Shown here: positions 39,220-48,569 of the stretch, piece after piece
How positions within the stretch are numbered: position 1 is the stretch's first letter
How the letters are laid out: every line of letters begins with the position of its first letter
Notes under the pieces: model-generated
Told to the model about the DNA's origin: nothing
The model's input: the letters and a program-made list of their open reading frames with translations, nothing else
Database searches by the model: none
Program-made: the position numbers and the translations under genes
DNA from: an uncultured bacterium
GTDB taxonomy: Bacteria; Krumholzibacteriota; Krumholzibacteriia; Krumholzibacteriales; Krumholzibacteriaceae
Length of the DNA: 64,000 nucleotides
Reading direction: 5' to 3'
Assembly: GCA_963786935.1 (NCBI GenBank)
Contig: CAWBAN010000001.1
Coordinates: 768,001-832,000 of the forward strand

Positions 39220-40161
39220 TTGAGAGGAAAAAGCTCATGCACGATCGCGGCGATGGCTCTCGTCGCAACCCTCCTTGCAGCGGCGCTCCCTGCCCAGGAG
39301 GTTCGCCTGCGGAACGGAGATACGATCAGGCTCGAGGTCCCGGAGCGCGAGGATCTCGGGAAGCTTCTGACCGTCGACGAGAAGGGGGACGTGAGCCTCC
39401 CCATCGTGGGGGCGATCCGCGTCGAAGGGCTCACGATCGAGCAGGCGCGGAGCGCGCTGCTCCGTTCCCTCCAGGATATATATCCGAGCATCCAGAGCAT
39501 CATGATCACGCTCCAGGGGGAGGATGCGCGCAGGGTCATCTACGTGCAGGGAGCGGTCGCGAACCCTGGAAAGTACGAGATCGGAGGCACGCCTTCGATA
39601 TGGGACGCGATCAAGGAGGCGGGAGGAGCGACGGCGACCGCATCCCTCGAAGCGGTCCGGATCGTGAGAACCTCGAAGGAGGGAAGCACGACATCCATCG
39701 TGAATCTGCAGCAGGCGCTCGATTCGGGGAGTCTCAGCTCGCTTCCGCTGCTCCAACCCGGCGATGCGGTCGTCGTGCCGGAGCGAGAAGCAGCGTACAC
39801 GGGGGCGGGGGCGGTGAATGTCTTCGGCGCGGTCCTTCGCCCCGCGTCGTATTCCATGCCGGAACAGAAAAGGCTCATCGACGCAATCCTCGCCGCGGGC
39901 GGGCCCGCCGCGAACGCACGATTGAGCAAGGTGACCGTCATCCGCCGGTCTCCCGGCGGAGGCGTCATCACGATGGGGGTTGATTTCAAGCGGTATCTCG
40001 AAATCGGCGACATGCAGCACAACCCGCCGATATTTCCGAACGACACGGTGAACGTTCCGCAGAGCAGCTCTTTCTGGACGACGCTGGCCAGTCCGAACTT
40101 TCTGCTCGCCGTCGTCACGGCGTCCGCCACTATCGCAGCGCTCGTCATCTATAACGATTGA
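39220..40161 (+). CDS. Polysaccharide export protein (Wza/OPX-like) with SLBB domains
   Basis: GDTI...VDEKGDVSLPIVGAIRVEGLT, YVQGAVANPG, VFGAVLRP; C-terminal hydrophobic helix; start uncertain (TTG 39220 or ATG 39253). Confidence 0.85.
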   Translation: MRGKSSCTIAAMALVATLLAAALPAQEVRLRNGDTIRLEVPEREDLGKLLTVDEKGDVSLPIVGAIRVEGLTIEQARSALLRSLQDIYPSIQSIMITLQGEDARRVIYVQGAVANPGKYEIGGTPSIWDAIKEAGGATATASLEAVRIVRTSKEGSTTSIVNLQQALDSGSLSSLPLLQPGDAVVVPEREAAYTGAGAVNVFGAVLRPASYSMPEQKRLIDAILAAGGPAANARLSKVTVIRRSPGGGVITMGVDFKRYLEIGDMQHNPPIFPNDTVNVPQSSSFWTTLASPNFLLAVVTASATIAALVIYND

Positions 40162-40173
40162 AGAAGGATCGAC

Positions 40174-41856
40174 GTGGAGAATGTCAGGAAAATGACGCCG
40201 GGGGAGGAGGAGGGCAGGATCAACCTCCATGCCTACTGGAAGGTGTTCTGGAGGAAGAAGTTCTTCATCATCATTCCGCTCGTGCTCTCCACGATCATCG
40301 CGGTCGTCGGCGTCCGCCGCCTGACGCCTGTATTCGAATCGCACACGCTCCTTTCGATGGAGAGCAACAATCTTCTCTCGCCCACGCTGGAACGCTACCT
40401 GCCTTCGGCCGAGCCCCGGAGCCAGTCGCGGAATCAGGAGCTGCGGGCCATGATCGAGACGCGGGTGAAGAGCAACGATTTTCTCAAGGCCGTCGTCGAG
40501 GATCTCGGCCTGCAGCGATCCGAGCAGGTGCGCAGGTACGTGGAGCGGTCGGCGCGCGGGAGGCAAGGCTCGTTGCCCCTCGACGATCTTGTCATGCGCC
40601 ATCTCGTCGGTCTTCTCGAAGAAAAGATCGAGGTCGCGAGCCCCATGCCGGGGTTCTTCACGATCGGGGTCTACGACACGGACCCGACGACCGCGTACCG
40701 GCTCGCCGAGCGCATCGCGGATATGTTCGTGAGCACGACGCGGCGGGACCAGATACAGGGCGCCCGGCAGGCCGGGGCGTTCAGCGACGAGCAGCTCGCG
40801 ATCTACAAGGAGAAGCTCGAGGCGTCCGAAAAGGAGCTCGCCCGCGTCAAGCTCGCGATGGCGTCCAGCGACGTGGAAAACAATCCGATCAATTCGGCGA
40901 ACGTGAATTACGCGCGCACGTTGAAGCAGACGGCCGGGGCGGAGGCGGACCGCAGCGGCATCGCCGTTCGGCGCGTGCGGGAGCGGCTCGTCCAGCTTCT
41001 CAATGTCGTTCCCTCATCGGACCGGGTTCTCTCCGACGAAACGGTGCGCAACTGCGAGAACAAGCTCGTCGCTTACGGCGAGGGGAAGCTCCTGCGCGAC
41101 CTTTCGGGCACGCAGCAGGCGCCGTTACCGTTGGACGAGTACAACGAGGCCGTGACGCTTCTCAGAGCGCGGATCACCGAGATCATCCGGGTCGAATATC
41201 GCGATCTCTCCCCGGATATTCATCCGCTCATCGTCGAGTACTATTACCAGCGCTCCATGAACGATTACCATCAGACCATCGACCGGAAGCTCCAGGGATA
41301 TATCGATCAGTTCACGAAGAGTTACGGAAGCCGACCGAACCTCGAGCGGGAAGTAAGCAGGCTCACGCAGGACGTCGAGGCGAACCGGACGATCTACCGC
41401 GCGTTGCTCGAATCGAAGACCTCGGCCCGAATCGGCGAAGCGGCGCAGACGACGGATCTCGGTCTCGGCATGAGCATCATCGAACGCGCCGAGAAGCCGC
41501 TGACGCCGGTCAAGCCGAATCCCCAGAAGGTCATATTGATCGCGATCATGTTCGGCGGGATCTGCGGGCTCGGCGCGATCATCGTCACCGAGTACATCGA
41601 CGATTCGTTCCGGTCGATCGAGGAGGTCGAGCGTGTGCTCAAGGTGCCGGTGCTCGGCACGATTCCCAAGATGGCGGCCGGCTTTTCCTGGGAACGGAAG
41701 CGGCGCGGCCTCATGATCGTCTCCTGGATCGTCGGCGTGACCGTGTTCGCTGCCATTCTGTCGGGAGCCCTCTACATCTTCTCGGATCGTCTGAAATCGA
41801 GCAGTCTCGGCATCGAGCTCAAGGAAGACTGGCCGGCGGGTGAGGTTCACCAGTGA
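40174..41856 (+). CDS. Polysaccharide co-polymerase (Wzc N-terminal/GumC-like)
   Basis: INLHAYWKVFWRKK followed by a TM helix, long coiled coil, PVKPN plus TM helix, VLKVPVLGTIP. Confidence 0.85.
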   Translation: MENVRKMTPGEEEGRINLHAYWKVFWRKKFFIIIPLVLSTIIAVVGVRRLTPVFESHTLLSMESNNLLSPTLERYLPSAEPRSQSRNQELRAMIETRVKSNDFLKAVVEDLGLQRSEQVRRYVERSARGRQGSLPLDDLVMRHLVGLLEEKIEVASPMPGFFTIGVYDTDPTTAYRLAERIADMFVSTTRRDQIQGARQAGAFSDEQLAIYKEKLEASEKELARVKLAMASSDVENNPINSANVNYARTLKQTAGAEADRSGIAVRRVRERLVQLLNVVPSSDRVLSDETVRNCENKLVAYGEGKLLRDLSGTQQAPLPLDEYNEAVTLLRARITEIIRVEYRDLSPDIHPLIVEYYYQRSMNDYHQTIDRKLQGYIDQFTKSYGSRPNLEREVSRLTQDVEANRTIYRALLESKTSARIGEAAQTTDLGLGMSIIERAEKPLTPVKPNPQKVILIAIMFGGICGLGAIIVTEYIDDSFRSIEEVERVLKVPVLGTIPKMAAGFSWERKRRGLMIVSWIVGVTVFAAILSGALYIFSDRLKSSSLGIELKEDWPAGEVHQ

Positions 41857-42575
41857 GCAATAACGAAAACGGAACCATTTACGGCGCATTCGACCAGGAG
41901 AGCCCCATGGCCACCGAGATGCGGCGGCTCTATTCGAATATCCGGCACGGGCACGGGAAGCCCGATCTACGGAGCTTTCTCGTGACGAGCGCCCATCGCG
42001 GAGAGGGAAAGAGCACGATCGCGTCTCACCTTGCCCTCACGGTCGCGCGTTTCAAGGGGAAGAAATCGCTCATCGTCGACGCCGACCTCAGACGTCCGCG
42101 GCTCCACCAGGTGTTCGGCGTGGCGAAGGAGCCGGGGCTGCGTGAATGCCTCGAGGGGAAGATGGATCCGCTCGCCGTGGTGAAAGACACGCCCGTCGCG
42201 AACCTGAAGGTGATACCGGCGGGGGCGAAGATCGATTCCCCCGCGCATCTTTTCGAGGGGGGCATTCTCTCGGAGATCTTCAAGAAGATACGCTTCCATT
42301 ACGACATCGTGATCGTCGATTCGGCGCCGGTTATCCCCGTGAGCGATCCGATGCTCATTTCGAGCGAGGTGGACGGCGTCATCCTCGTGATTCTCGCGGG
42401 CAAGACGCCGCGCAACGTCGCGACGCGCGCGCGTGATATCCTGCTCGACGCGAATGCGAACGTGCTCGGCGCCGTCGTCAATAACCTCTCTGAAGTGCTT
42501 CCGTACTACTACGACTATAAATACTACGGGTATCGCGAACAATATGATGTCAAGAAATCCGGAGGAGGCGCGTGA
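41853..42575 (+). CDS. Bacterial tyrosine kinase (CpsD/CapB family)
   Basis: TSAHRGEGKST, VDADLRRP, IVDSAP; C-terminal Tyr cluster YYYDYKYYGY. Confidence 0.93.
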   Translation: MSNNENGTIYGAFDQESPMATEMRRLYSNIRHGHGKPDLRSFLVTSAHRGEGKSTIASHLALTVARFKGKKSLIVDADLRRPRLHQVFGVAKEPGLRECLEGKMDPLAVVKDTPVANLKVIPAGAKIDSPAHLFEGGILSEIFKKIRFHYDIVIVDSAPVIPVSDPMLISSEVDGVILVILAGKTPRNVATRARDILLDANANVLGAVVNNLSEVLPYYYDYKYYGYREQYDVKKSGGGA

Positions 42576-42603
42576 GCGAATCCGTTCCGGCCAGGTGAGG
42601 AAT

Positions 42604-43707
42604 ATGGCGCAAAGATTTCTCGGCTGCTTGGTGATCATCGCCGTCTTCTGGACGCCGGCGGGGGCGCTCGGCGGGCAGCAAACGGGCGATTCCGCATGCG
42701 TTCGCATCTCGGGAAGCGAGCCGGGCGTGCTCGTGTCGCTCTCTCGCGAGTACACGGTAGCCGGCGTTCTGCCGGTTTCGTTCTGCGATCTCGAGCGCGA
42801 GACGGCGTACCGGCTGGTTCTCGACGGCGCGGGCTTCGAGCGGCGGATCGGGTCGTTCTCGATCGTGGATGGAGTGCCGCGCGTCAGCGGCCTTCGAGCG
42901 GCCATGGCGGGGAAGAACCTCGTTCTGCCGGGCTGGGGCTCGACGAGCGCGGGAAGGTTCCCCGCGGGCTTGATCGACGGTATTGGCATCGCCGCCTCTC
43001 TCGGCTGGCTGCTCTACGAGGAGACGGAATACCGCGACTTGGAGGATGGCTACGAGGATCTGAGCGACCGGTACGCGCGCGCGGAAACCTGGAAGGAGAA
43101 GGCCCGGCTCCAGGAATCCCTTCATGAAGCCTCGCGCGAGCTGAATATCCAGAACGACCAGCGCACGCGTCTCGCCGCCGTCGCGGGTGTGTTGTACGGC
43201 TGGCAGATCATCGAGCCGCTTCTTCTCGACAATCCGCCGAAATCGCTCGGCGGACCTGCGGCGGGGGATCTCACGCTCAGCGGAGCGCACGAGTCGCGGG
43301 CAAAGGCCTTCATCTATTCGCTGCTCCGGCCCGGACGGGGGCAATTCTATCAAGGAAAAACGGGGCGCGGCGTCTTTTTCTCGGTGACGACGCTCGCCGC
43401 GGGATTCGTGGCGCTCGAATATCAAACGGAGTACGAATTCGCCGCGAACGACTACGAGATTTGCGTGGAGCGCTTCGATTCGGCGGACGACATATCGGAG
43501 CAGGAGAGACTCATGAGCGATGCGGAGCGATACTGGGACCACGTCGAGCACGAAAAAGCGCGAAGGGATATGTCGTTTATCGTGCTCGCCGGGCTCTGGG
43601 GATGGAACGTGATCGATACGTTCTTTCCCGCCGAGCAGCGCGTATCGAGCGGGAACTATTCGTTCGATATCGATGCGCGCGGCGCGTACGTGACGATGAG
43701 ATTCTAA
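42604..43707 (+). CDS. Hypothetical exported/membrane protein with a tandemly duplicated helical-hairpin module
   Basis: Signal peptide; repeats LVLPGWG...YGWQIIE and LLRPGRGQFY...WGWNVID; terminal Phe. Confidence 0.65.
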   Translation: MAQRFLGCLVIIAVFWTPAGALGGQQTGDSACVRISGSEPGVLVSLSREYTVAGVLPVSFCDLERETAYRLVLDGAGFERRIGSFSIVDGVPRVSGLRAAMAGKNLVLPGWGSTSAGRFPAGLIDGIGIAASLGWLLYEETEYRDLEDGYEDLSDRYARAETWKEKARLQESLHEASRELNIQNDQRTRLAAVAGVLYGWQIIEPLLLDNPPKSLGGPAAGDLTLSGAHESRAKAFIYSLLRPGRGQFYQGKTGRGVFFSVTTLAAGFVALEYQTEYEFAANDYEICVERFDSADDISEQERLMSDAERYWDHVEHEKARRDMSFIVLAGLWGWNVIDTFFPAEQRVSSGNYSFDIDARGAYVTMRF

Positions 43708-43726
43708 CGCAACGGAGGTTCTTTCG

Positions 43727-45268
43727 ATGAGAAGGATTGCGGCCTTCGGCATGATGCTGATCCTCGCGGGGATGCTGGCCGGGTGTTTCGAAAGCGTCAC
43801 GGAGGCACCGCTCGAGCTTAGCCTGAGCGATATCGCGCCCCCCGAGGGGCTCATAGCCCTGGTAGGGAACGCCACGGTCACGATCGAATGGCGCTCCGTG
43901 GAGGGTGCGCGCCGGTACCGCGTGTACCGCTCGGTTGACGACGCGAGTCTCTTCGAACGCGTCGCGGAGACGGCGGACACCGCGTACATCGACACGGACG
44001 TTCAGAACGGTCGCCTCTACTTCTACGCGGTTTCCTCGGTGAGCTCGAATAATCTCGAAGGCGCCAGCTCCATCTCTATAGCCGCGTCACCCGCGCTGTA
44101 CGCGGTCGTCGTCAACGGGGGCGCGGCAGTCACAGGATCACGGGAGGTGACGCTCACGCTCACGGCCCCTGAAACGACGGCATATATGAGGATATCGAAC
44201 GATGAAGCGGGAATGCCGGGATCGTACGAGAACTATGCGAGGACCCGCATCTGGCAGCTCGATGAGCCCGACGGGGCGAAAATCGTCTCTGTTCAATTCC
44301 TGGACGCGAGCGGCGCGCTCTCGCCGCTTGTATCTTCATCGATCGTGCTCGACCGCTACGCGATGATCGAGAGCGTCGAGATCACCCCCGCCCCCCGCGT
44401 CTATCAGCCCGGCGCGATCGCGCATTTCAGGATGCGCGTCGAGGGGAACGAGCCGGGAGGCGCGGCGGGCGTGTCGTTCGAGAACTACAGCGGCTCCGTG
44501 AAGCTCTACGACAGCGGAATGGGGGGGGACGCGACGGCGGGGGACGGGATCTACGAAGCGGATTTCACGTTTCCCGAGTCGATCAGGGGAACGGATCTCG
44601 CCGTCGCCGGCTCGTTCGCCGACGCGGCGGGGAACGAGGCGCCCCCGTTCGCGTGCCCGGACCGCATATCGTTCACTGATCCGCCGGCCGCCGTGCAGCT
44701 CATGACCCCCGCCGATTCGTCGATCTCGAGTATCACGATCAGGTGGACCGTATCGGCGGAGGAGCATTTTCAGAGCTACCGCATCTACCGGAGCACGTCG
44801 GCGGGCGTCACGGAATCGCCGGCGCAGTTCGTGCGAGAGCTGTTCAACCAGGCGCAAACGAGTTACCCCGACGGCAGCCTCAAGGAAGGGACGCGCTACT
44901 ACTACCGCGTCTTCGTCGTGAACGATCTCGACGAGACGGCGGGAAGCAACGAGCGCGCGGCCCGTACCTTCGACGCGGTGCCCGATCCCGTGATGCTCGA
45001 CGATCCGTCGAGCGTCGGGACCAACCGGTTGACCCTCACGTGGAGCGGGAGCCCGGCGACCGATTTCCAGGACTACCGGATCTATCGCTCGACGGCGCCC
45101 GGCGTGACGACTGCCTCGGTGCTCGTCGCTACGATCACCGATCGCGAGCGGACGTTCTACGATGATACGGGCCTGGACCTCGCGGGCAGCAACTACTACT
45201 ACCGGGTGTATGTGTTCGACGCGAGCGGCAAGAACGCGAGGAGCAACGAGGTGACGACGGCCCCGTAG
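43727..45268 (+). CDS. Lipoprotein with fibronectin type III-like repeats
   Basis: Lipobox LAG-C; three W...YRxYRS...Y.D...YYYRV units; LYDSGMGGDATAGDGIY motif. Confidence 0.8.
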   Translation: MRRIAAFGMMLILAGMLAGCFESVTEAPLELSLSDIAPPEGLIALVGNATVTIEWRSVEGARRYRVYRSVDDASLFERVAETADTAYIDTDVQNGRLYFYAVSSVSSNNLEGASSISIAASPALYAVVVNGGAAVTGSREVTLTLTAPETTAYMRISNDEAGMPGSYENYARTRIWQLDEPDGAKIVSVQFLDASGALSPLVSSSIVLDRYAMIESVEITPAPRVYQPGAIAHFRMRVEGNEPGGAAGVSFENYSGSVKLYDSGMGGDATAGDGIYEADFTFPESIRGTDLAVAGSFADAAGNEAPPFACPDRISFTDPPAAVQLMTPADSSISSITIRWTVSAEEHFQSYRIYRSTSAGVTESPAQFVRELFNQAQTSYPDGSLKEGTRYYYRVFVVNDLDETAGSNERAARTFDAVPDPVMLDDPSSVGTNRLTLTWSGSPATDFQDYRIYRSTAPGVTTASVLVATITDRERTFYDDTGLDLAGSNYYYRVYVFDASGKNARSNEVTTAP

Positions 45269-45433
45269 ACGGGCGCGAATCATCTCTTAATACGCATAAA
45301 CGGTGGGTAATAATGCCCATTGCGAGTCGATAGTCTGGGGGAAATTTCCAAGAAAATGCCGTCATTTCGAGGCGTTTGACGCTGCCGCTTTTCTACCCGT
45401 CGTCGATAATTTCCATAACTGATTATTTTACAA

Positions 45434-45462
45434 TTGACTATTGTTTGCATCTATAGTACAAT
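45434..45462 (+). promoter_or_regulatory. sigma70-type promoter in an AT-rich intergenic region
   Basis: TTGACT-N17-TACAAT upstream of the sugar transferase. Confidence 0.55.
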
Positions 45463-45573
45463 CTTACCTGGATAAGCGGTCCGAAAATCAGGAATAATAA
45501 TTGCGTATTGCGGTGTCAAAGCGGCGGAGGTCTATCTACATTTTTCGTTCCGCGCTGATGAAAGGTTTGCATA

Positions 45574-46380
45574 ATGCCGATTTTTCACAGAACCGCCATG
45601 GATAATGCCGGCGAGTATTATTCCTACGGGAAGGGGCTCGATCCGCTCGCGGAGTATATCGCCGATCAGGCGGACGTCATCAAGTACGACAAGGCAGATA
45701 GAATCGGCGGCGTCATTCTCGCGAAGCGCGTCTTCGACATCGCCGTCGCTTCCCTGGCGATGATCGTTGCTTCTCCCGTGATGCTTCTCGCGGCGCTGGT
45801 CATCCGCTTCGATTCGCGCGGACCGATTTTCTTCAAGCAGGAGAGAATCGGCATAAACAAACGGAGAGGCGACCGGCGGCGCTCGATCGCGGCGATCGAA
45901 GGATGCTGCAGGCGCGGCTCGGACCGGCGCCGGGAAATCAACGCCGGCCGACCGTTCATGATCTACAAATTCAGGACGATGATTCAGGACGCCGAGAAGG
46001 GCGGCCCGAAGCTCGCCTGCGCGAACGATCCGAGAATCACGCGCGTCGGGCGGTTCATGCGAAAGACGCGGATCGACGAGATTCCGCAGTTCATCAACGT
46101 GATCCGCGGCGATATGAGCTTCATCGGTCCGCGCCCCGAGCGCTCGTTCTACATCAACCAGGTCAAGCGCGAGGTTCCGGAGTTCACGATGCGTCTCATG
46201 GTGAAGCCGGGCATCACGGGGCTCGCCCAGGTCGAGAACGGCTACACGCAAACGGTCGGCGAGATGAAGGGCAAACTGTTCTACGATCTGAAGTACATCG
46301 CGAATCTCTCGCTGGCGCAGGAGATCCGCATCCTCTTCAAAACGGTCTACGTCGTCGTCACGGGCAAGGGCGCCTGCTGA
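45574..46380 (+). CDS. Priming undecaprenyl-phosphate sugar transferase (Bac_transf)
   Basis: KRVFDI, GPIFFKQERIG, YKFRTM, DPRITRVG, DEIPQF, GPRPE, KPGITGLAQV; start may be 45598. Confidence 0.93.
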   Translation: MPIFHRTAMDNAGEYYSYGKGLDPLAEYIADQADVIKYDKADRIGGVILAKRVFDIAVASLAMIVASPVMLLAALVIRFDSRGPIFFKQERIGINKRRGDRRRSIAAIEGCCRRGSDRRREINAGRPFMIYKFRTMIQDAEKGGPKLACANDPRITRVGRFMRKTRIDEIPQFINVIRGDMSFIGPRPERSFYINQVKREVPEFTMRLMVKPGITGLAQVENGYTQTVGEMKGKLFYDLKYIANLSLAQEIRILFKTVYVVVTGKGAC

Positions 46381-46496
46381 CGCATTTCTTTCCCGGCCTC
46401 ACATCGGTCGTTTGAACGCATGCCGCCGAAACGCTCGGGACGGATTGTCTTGACCGAATCCGCCGCCGCTCCGTATACTCGATCTTCGGAGCATCT

Positions 46497-48569
46497 ATGA
46501 AGCTATATCGCGATCTCATCGTCATTTCCGCCGGATTTCTCGCGCTGCTCGCGGCGACGCTCGCGTTGCCGGTGTGGCTGTGCGCGGCTTTCGGCTGCCT
46601 CCTCGCCGCGGCGATGATCGCGCACCGTCGAGCCGACCGCCGCCGGAAGCTGGAGGCGATCAACCTCCGGCTCACGAACCTCAGGAGCGAAGGGCTCATC
46701 ATCGAGGAAAAGGCGAAGGGATCGGAAGAAGACCTCTTCTATGCCATGATCATGACGCTTCTCGGCGATCTCGAACGGTCGCTGTTCAAGCTCGTCGAGA
46801 AGAACATCCAGCTTCTCAGCCTCAAGGAAATCGGGCGGACGATCATCAGCTCGCTCGATGAGCATCGCCTCATCGATTCGGTGTTCGAATACCTGAACCG
46901 GGGAATCGGATACAAGGAATCCGCCTTCATCATCCTCCGCAAGAAGAAGAAATCGTTGCAGGCGATCGTGACGATCGAGCGCCCCTCGCGGGTCATCCGC
47001 CGCGTCATCAACCTCGGCTTCGACGATCTCTCCGGCGCCCTGTACGACTCGCTCCTCTCCGGCAAGCCGTTTCTGATCAAGGACGCCGGAATGCATCCGC
47101 TCCCTTCGGTCGGCGGAGAGCAGATGTTCCCGGGGAGCACGATGACCTCGTACATCTGCGTTCCCCTCATGAAATCGACCGAGACGATCAAGTGCTACGG
47201 GGACGAGGACTGTCCGATCGGGAAGACGTCGCGCGCGGGAACAGCCGCGGCAGTGGAGATTCCGTACCTGCGGAGCGAGGAATGCCTCTCGTGCGGCATG
47301 ATTCCGCTCCTCGGCGCGCTCATCGTCACCGACGGGTATCGCGCCACGCAGCTCACGAACATCGACCAGGTGACGCTCGAGACGGTCGGTTCGCTCGTCA
47401 GCTCGAATATGGAAAACTGGTATCTCTACCAGGAGCTCCGCCAGGAGGAGCTCTTCAGGGAGCGCGTGATCGAAGGGATGTTGAACGGCGTCTTCGTCAC
47501 CGACCGCAACGGCGACGTCACGCTCGCGAACCGCGCGGCGCGCGACATGAGCCAGTACAAGCAGCGGCAGATACGGGGGCTCAAGCTCGACGAGGTCATC
47601 ATCGGGGAAGCGACCGGCGGCTCGAAGGGATCGCTCGTGCTGCCGGTGCTCGAGAGCGGCTCGCCGCTGATCCGTCTCGACGGCTACCTGCGGCGCCGGG
47701 ACGGCATGCACATCCCGGTCAGGATGACGGCGTCGGCGCTGCTCGGGGAGGACGGCGAGGTGCAGGGCGCGATCGTCGAGTTCATCGACATGAGCGATAT
47801 CAAGCGCATGGAGGAGGATATCCGGCACCTCGACCGGCTGGCGGTGCTCGGGCGCTTCACGTCCGCGGTCGCGCACGAGATCAGGAATCCGCTCACGGGG
47901 ATCGCCGCCGGGATCCAGTATATCAACCGGTCCCAGGAGCTGAGCGCCGAGCACCGCGAGAACATCTCCTTCATTCTGAACGAGGTCGACCGTCTCAACC
48001 GGATCATCACGGATCTCTTCAAGGTCGCCAAACCCCGCGACCTCCTGTGCCAGAAGATCGGCGTGAGGGATCTCATCGAGCGGAGCCACCGCTCGCTCGC
48101 CGACCTGTTCAAGAACAAGTCGATTGATTTTGCGGTGACCGTCGACGATAATGTTCCCCTGATCGAGGTCGATCCCGACCAGATCACGCAGGTGCTGATC
48201 AACCTGCTCAAGAACGCCGCGGAGGCCGTTCCCCCGAGCGGATCGGTGTCCGCCGCGGGAAGGCTCTACAGCGGGGGCGATCCCGATATCGTGCGGGAGA
48301 AGGATCGGGAATTGGTATGCATCGAGGTCGCCGACAACGGCGGCGGGATCTCCCACGAGGATCGAGAGAAGATATTCGAGCCCTTCTACTCGAGAAAGAA
48401 AGGCGGAACGGGGCTCGGCCTGTTTGTGAGCCAGAGTATCGTGCAGCATCACCACGGACGGATCTCCGTCTCTTCGACGCCGGGCGCCGGAACGTCGTTC
48501 AAGGTGTATCTGCCGATCGCGAGACCGCGGAAGGGAGGATCGAGTGAAACCCGTAGTCCTGCTCGTTGA
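46497..48569 (+). CDS. Membrane GAF-PAS sensor histidine kinase
   Basis: N-terminal TM helices, AHEIRNPL, QVLINLLKNA, DNGGGI, GGTGLGL. Confidence 0.92.
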   Translation: MKLYRDLIVISAGFLALLAATLALPVWLCAAFGCLLAAAMIAHRRADRRRKLEAINLRLTNLRSEGLIIEEKAKGSEEDLFYAMIMTLLGDLERSLFKLVEKNIQLLSLKEIGRTIISSLDEHRLIDSVFEYLNRGIGYKESAFIILRKKKKSLQAIVTIERPSRVIRRVINLGFDDLSGALYDSLLSGKPFLIKDAGMHPLPSVGGEQMFPGSTMTSYICVPLMKSTETIKCYGDEDCPIGKTSRAGTAAAVEIPYLRSEECLSCGMIPLLGALIVTDGYRATQLTNIDQVTLETVGSLVSSNMENWYLYQELRQEELFRERVIEGMLNGVFVTDRNGDVTLANRAARDMSQYKQRQIRGLKLDEVIIGEATGGSKGSLVLPVLESGSPLIRLDGYLRRRDGMHIPVRMTASALLGEDGEVQGAIVEFIDMSDIKRMEEDIRHLDRLAVLGRFTSAVAHEIRNPLTGIAAGIQYINRSQELSAEHRENISFILNEVDRLNRIITDLFKVAKPRDLLCQKIGVRDLIERSHRSLADLFKNKSIDFAVTVDDNVPLIEVDPDQITQVLINLLKNAAEAVPPSGSVSAAGRLYSGGDPDIVREKDRELVCIEVADNGGGISHEDREKIFEPFYSRKKGGTGLGLFVSQSIVQHHHGRISVSSTPGAGTSFKVYLPIARPRKGGSSETRSPAR

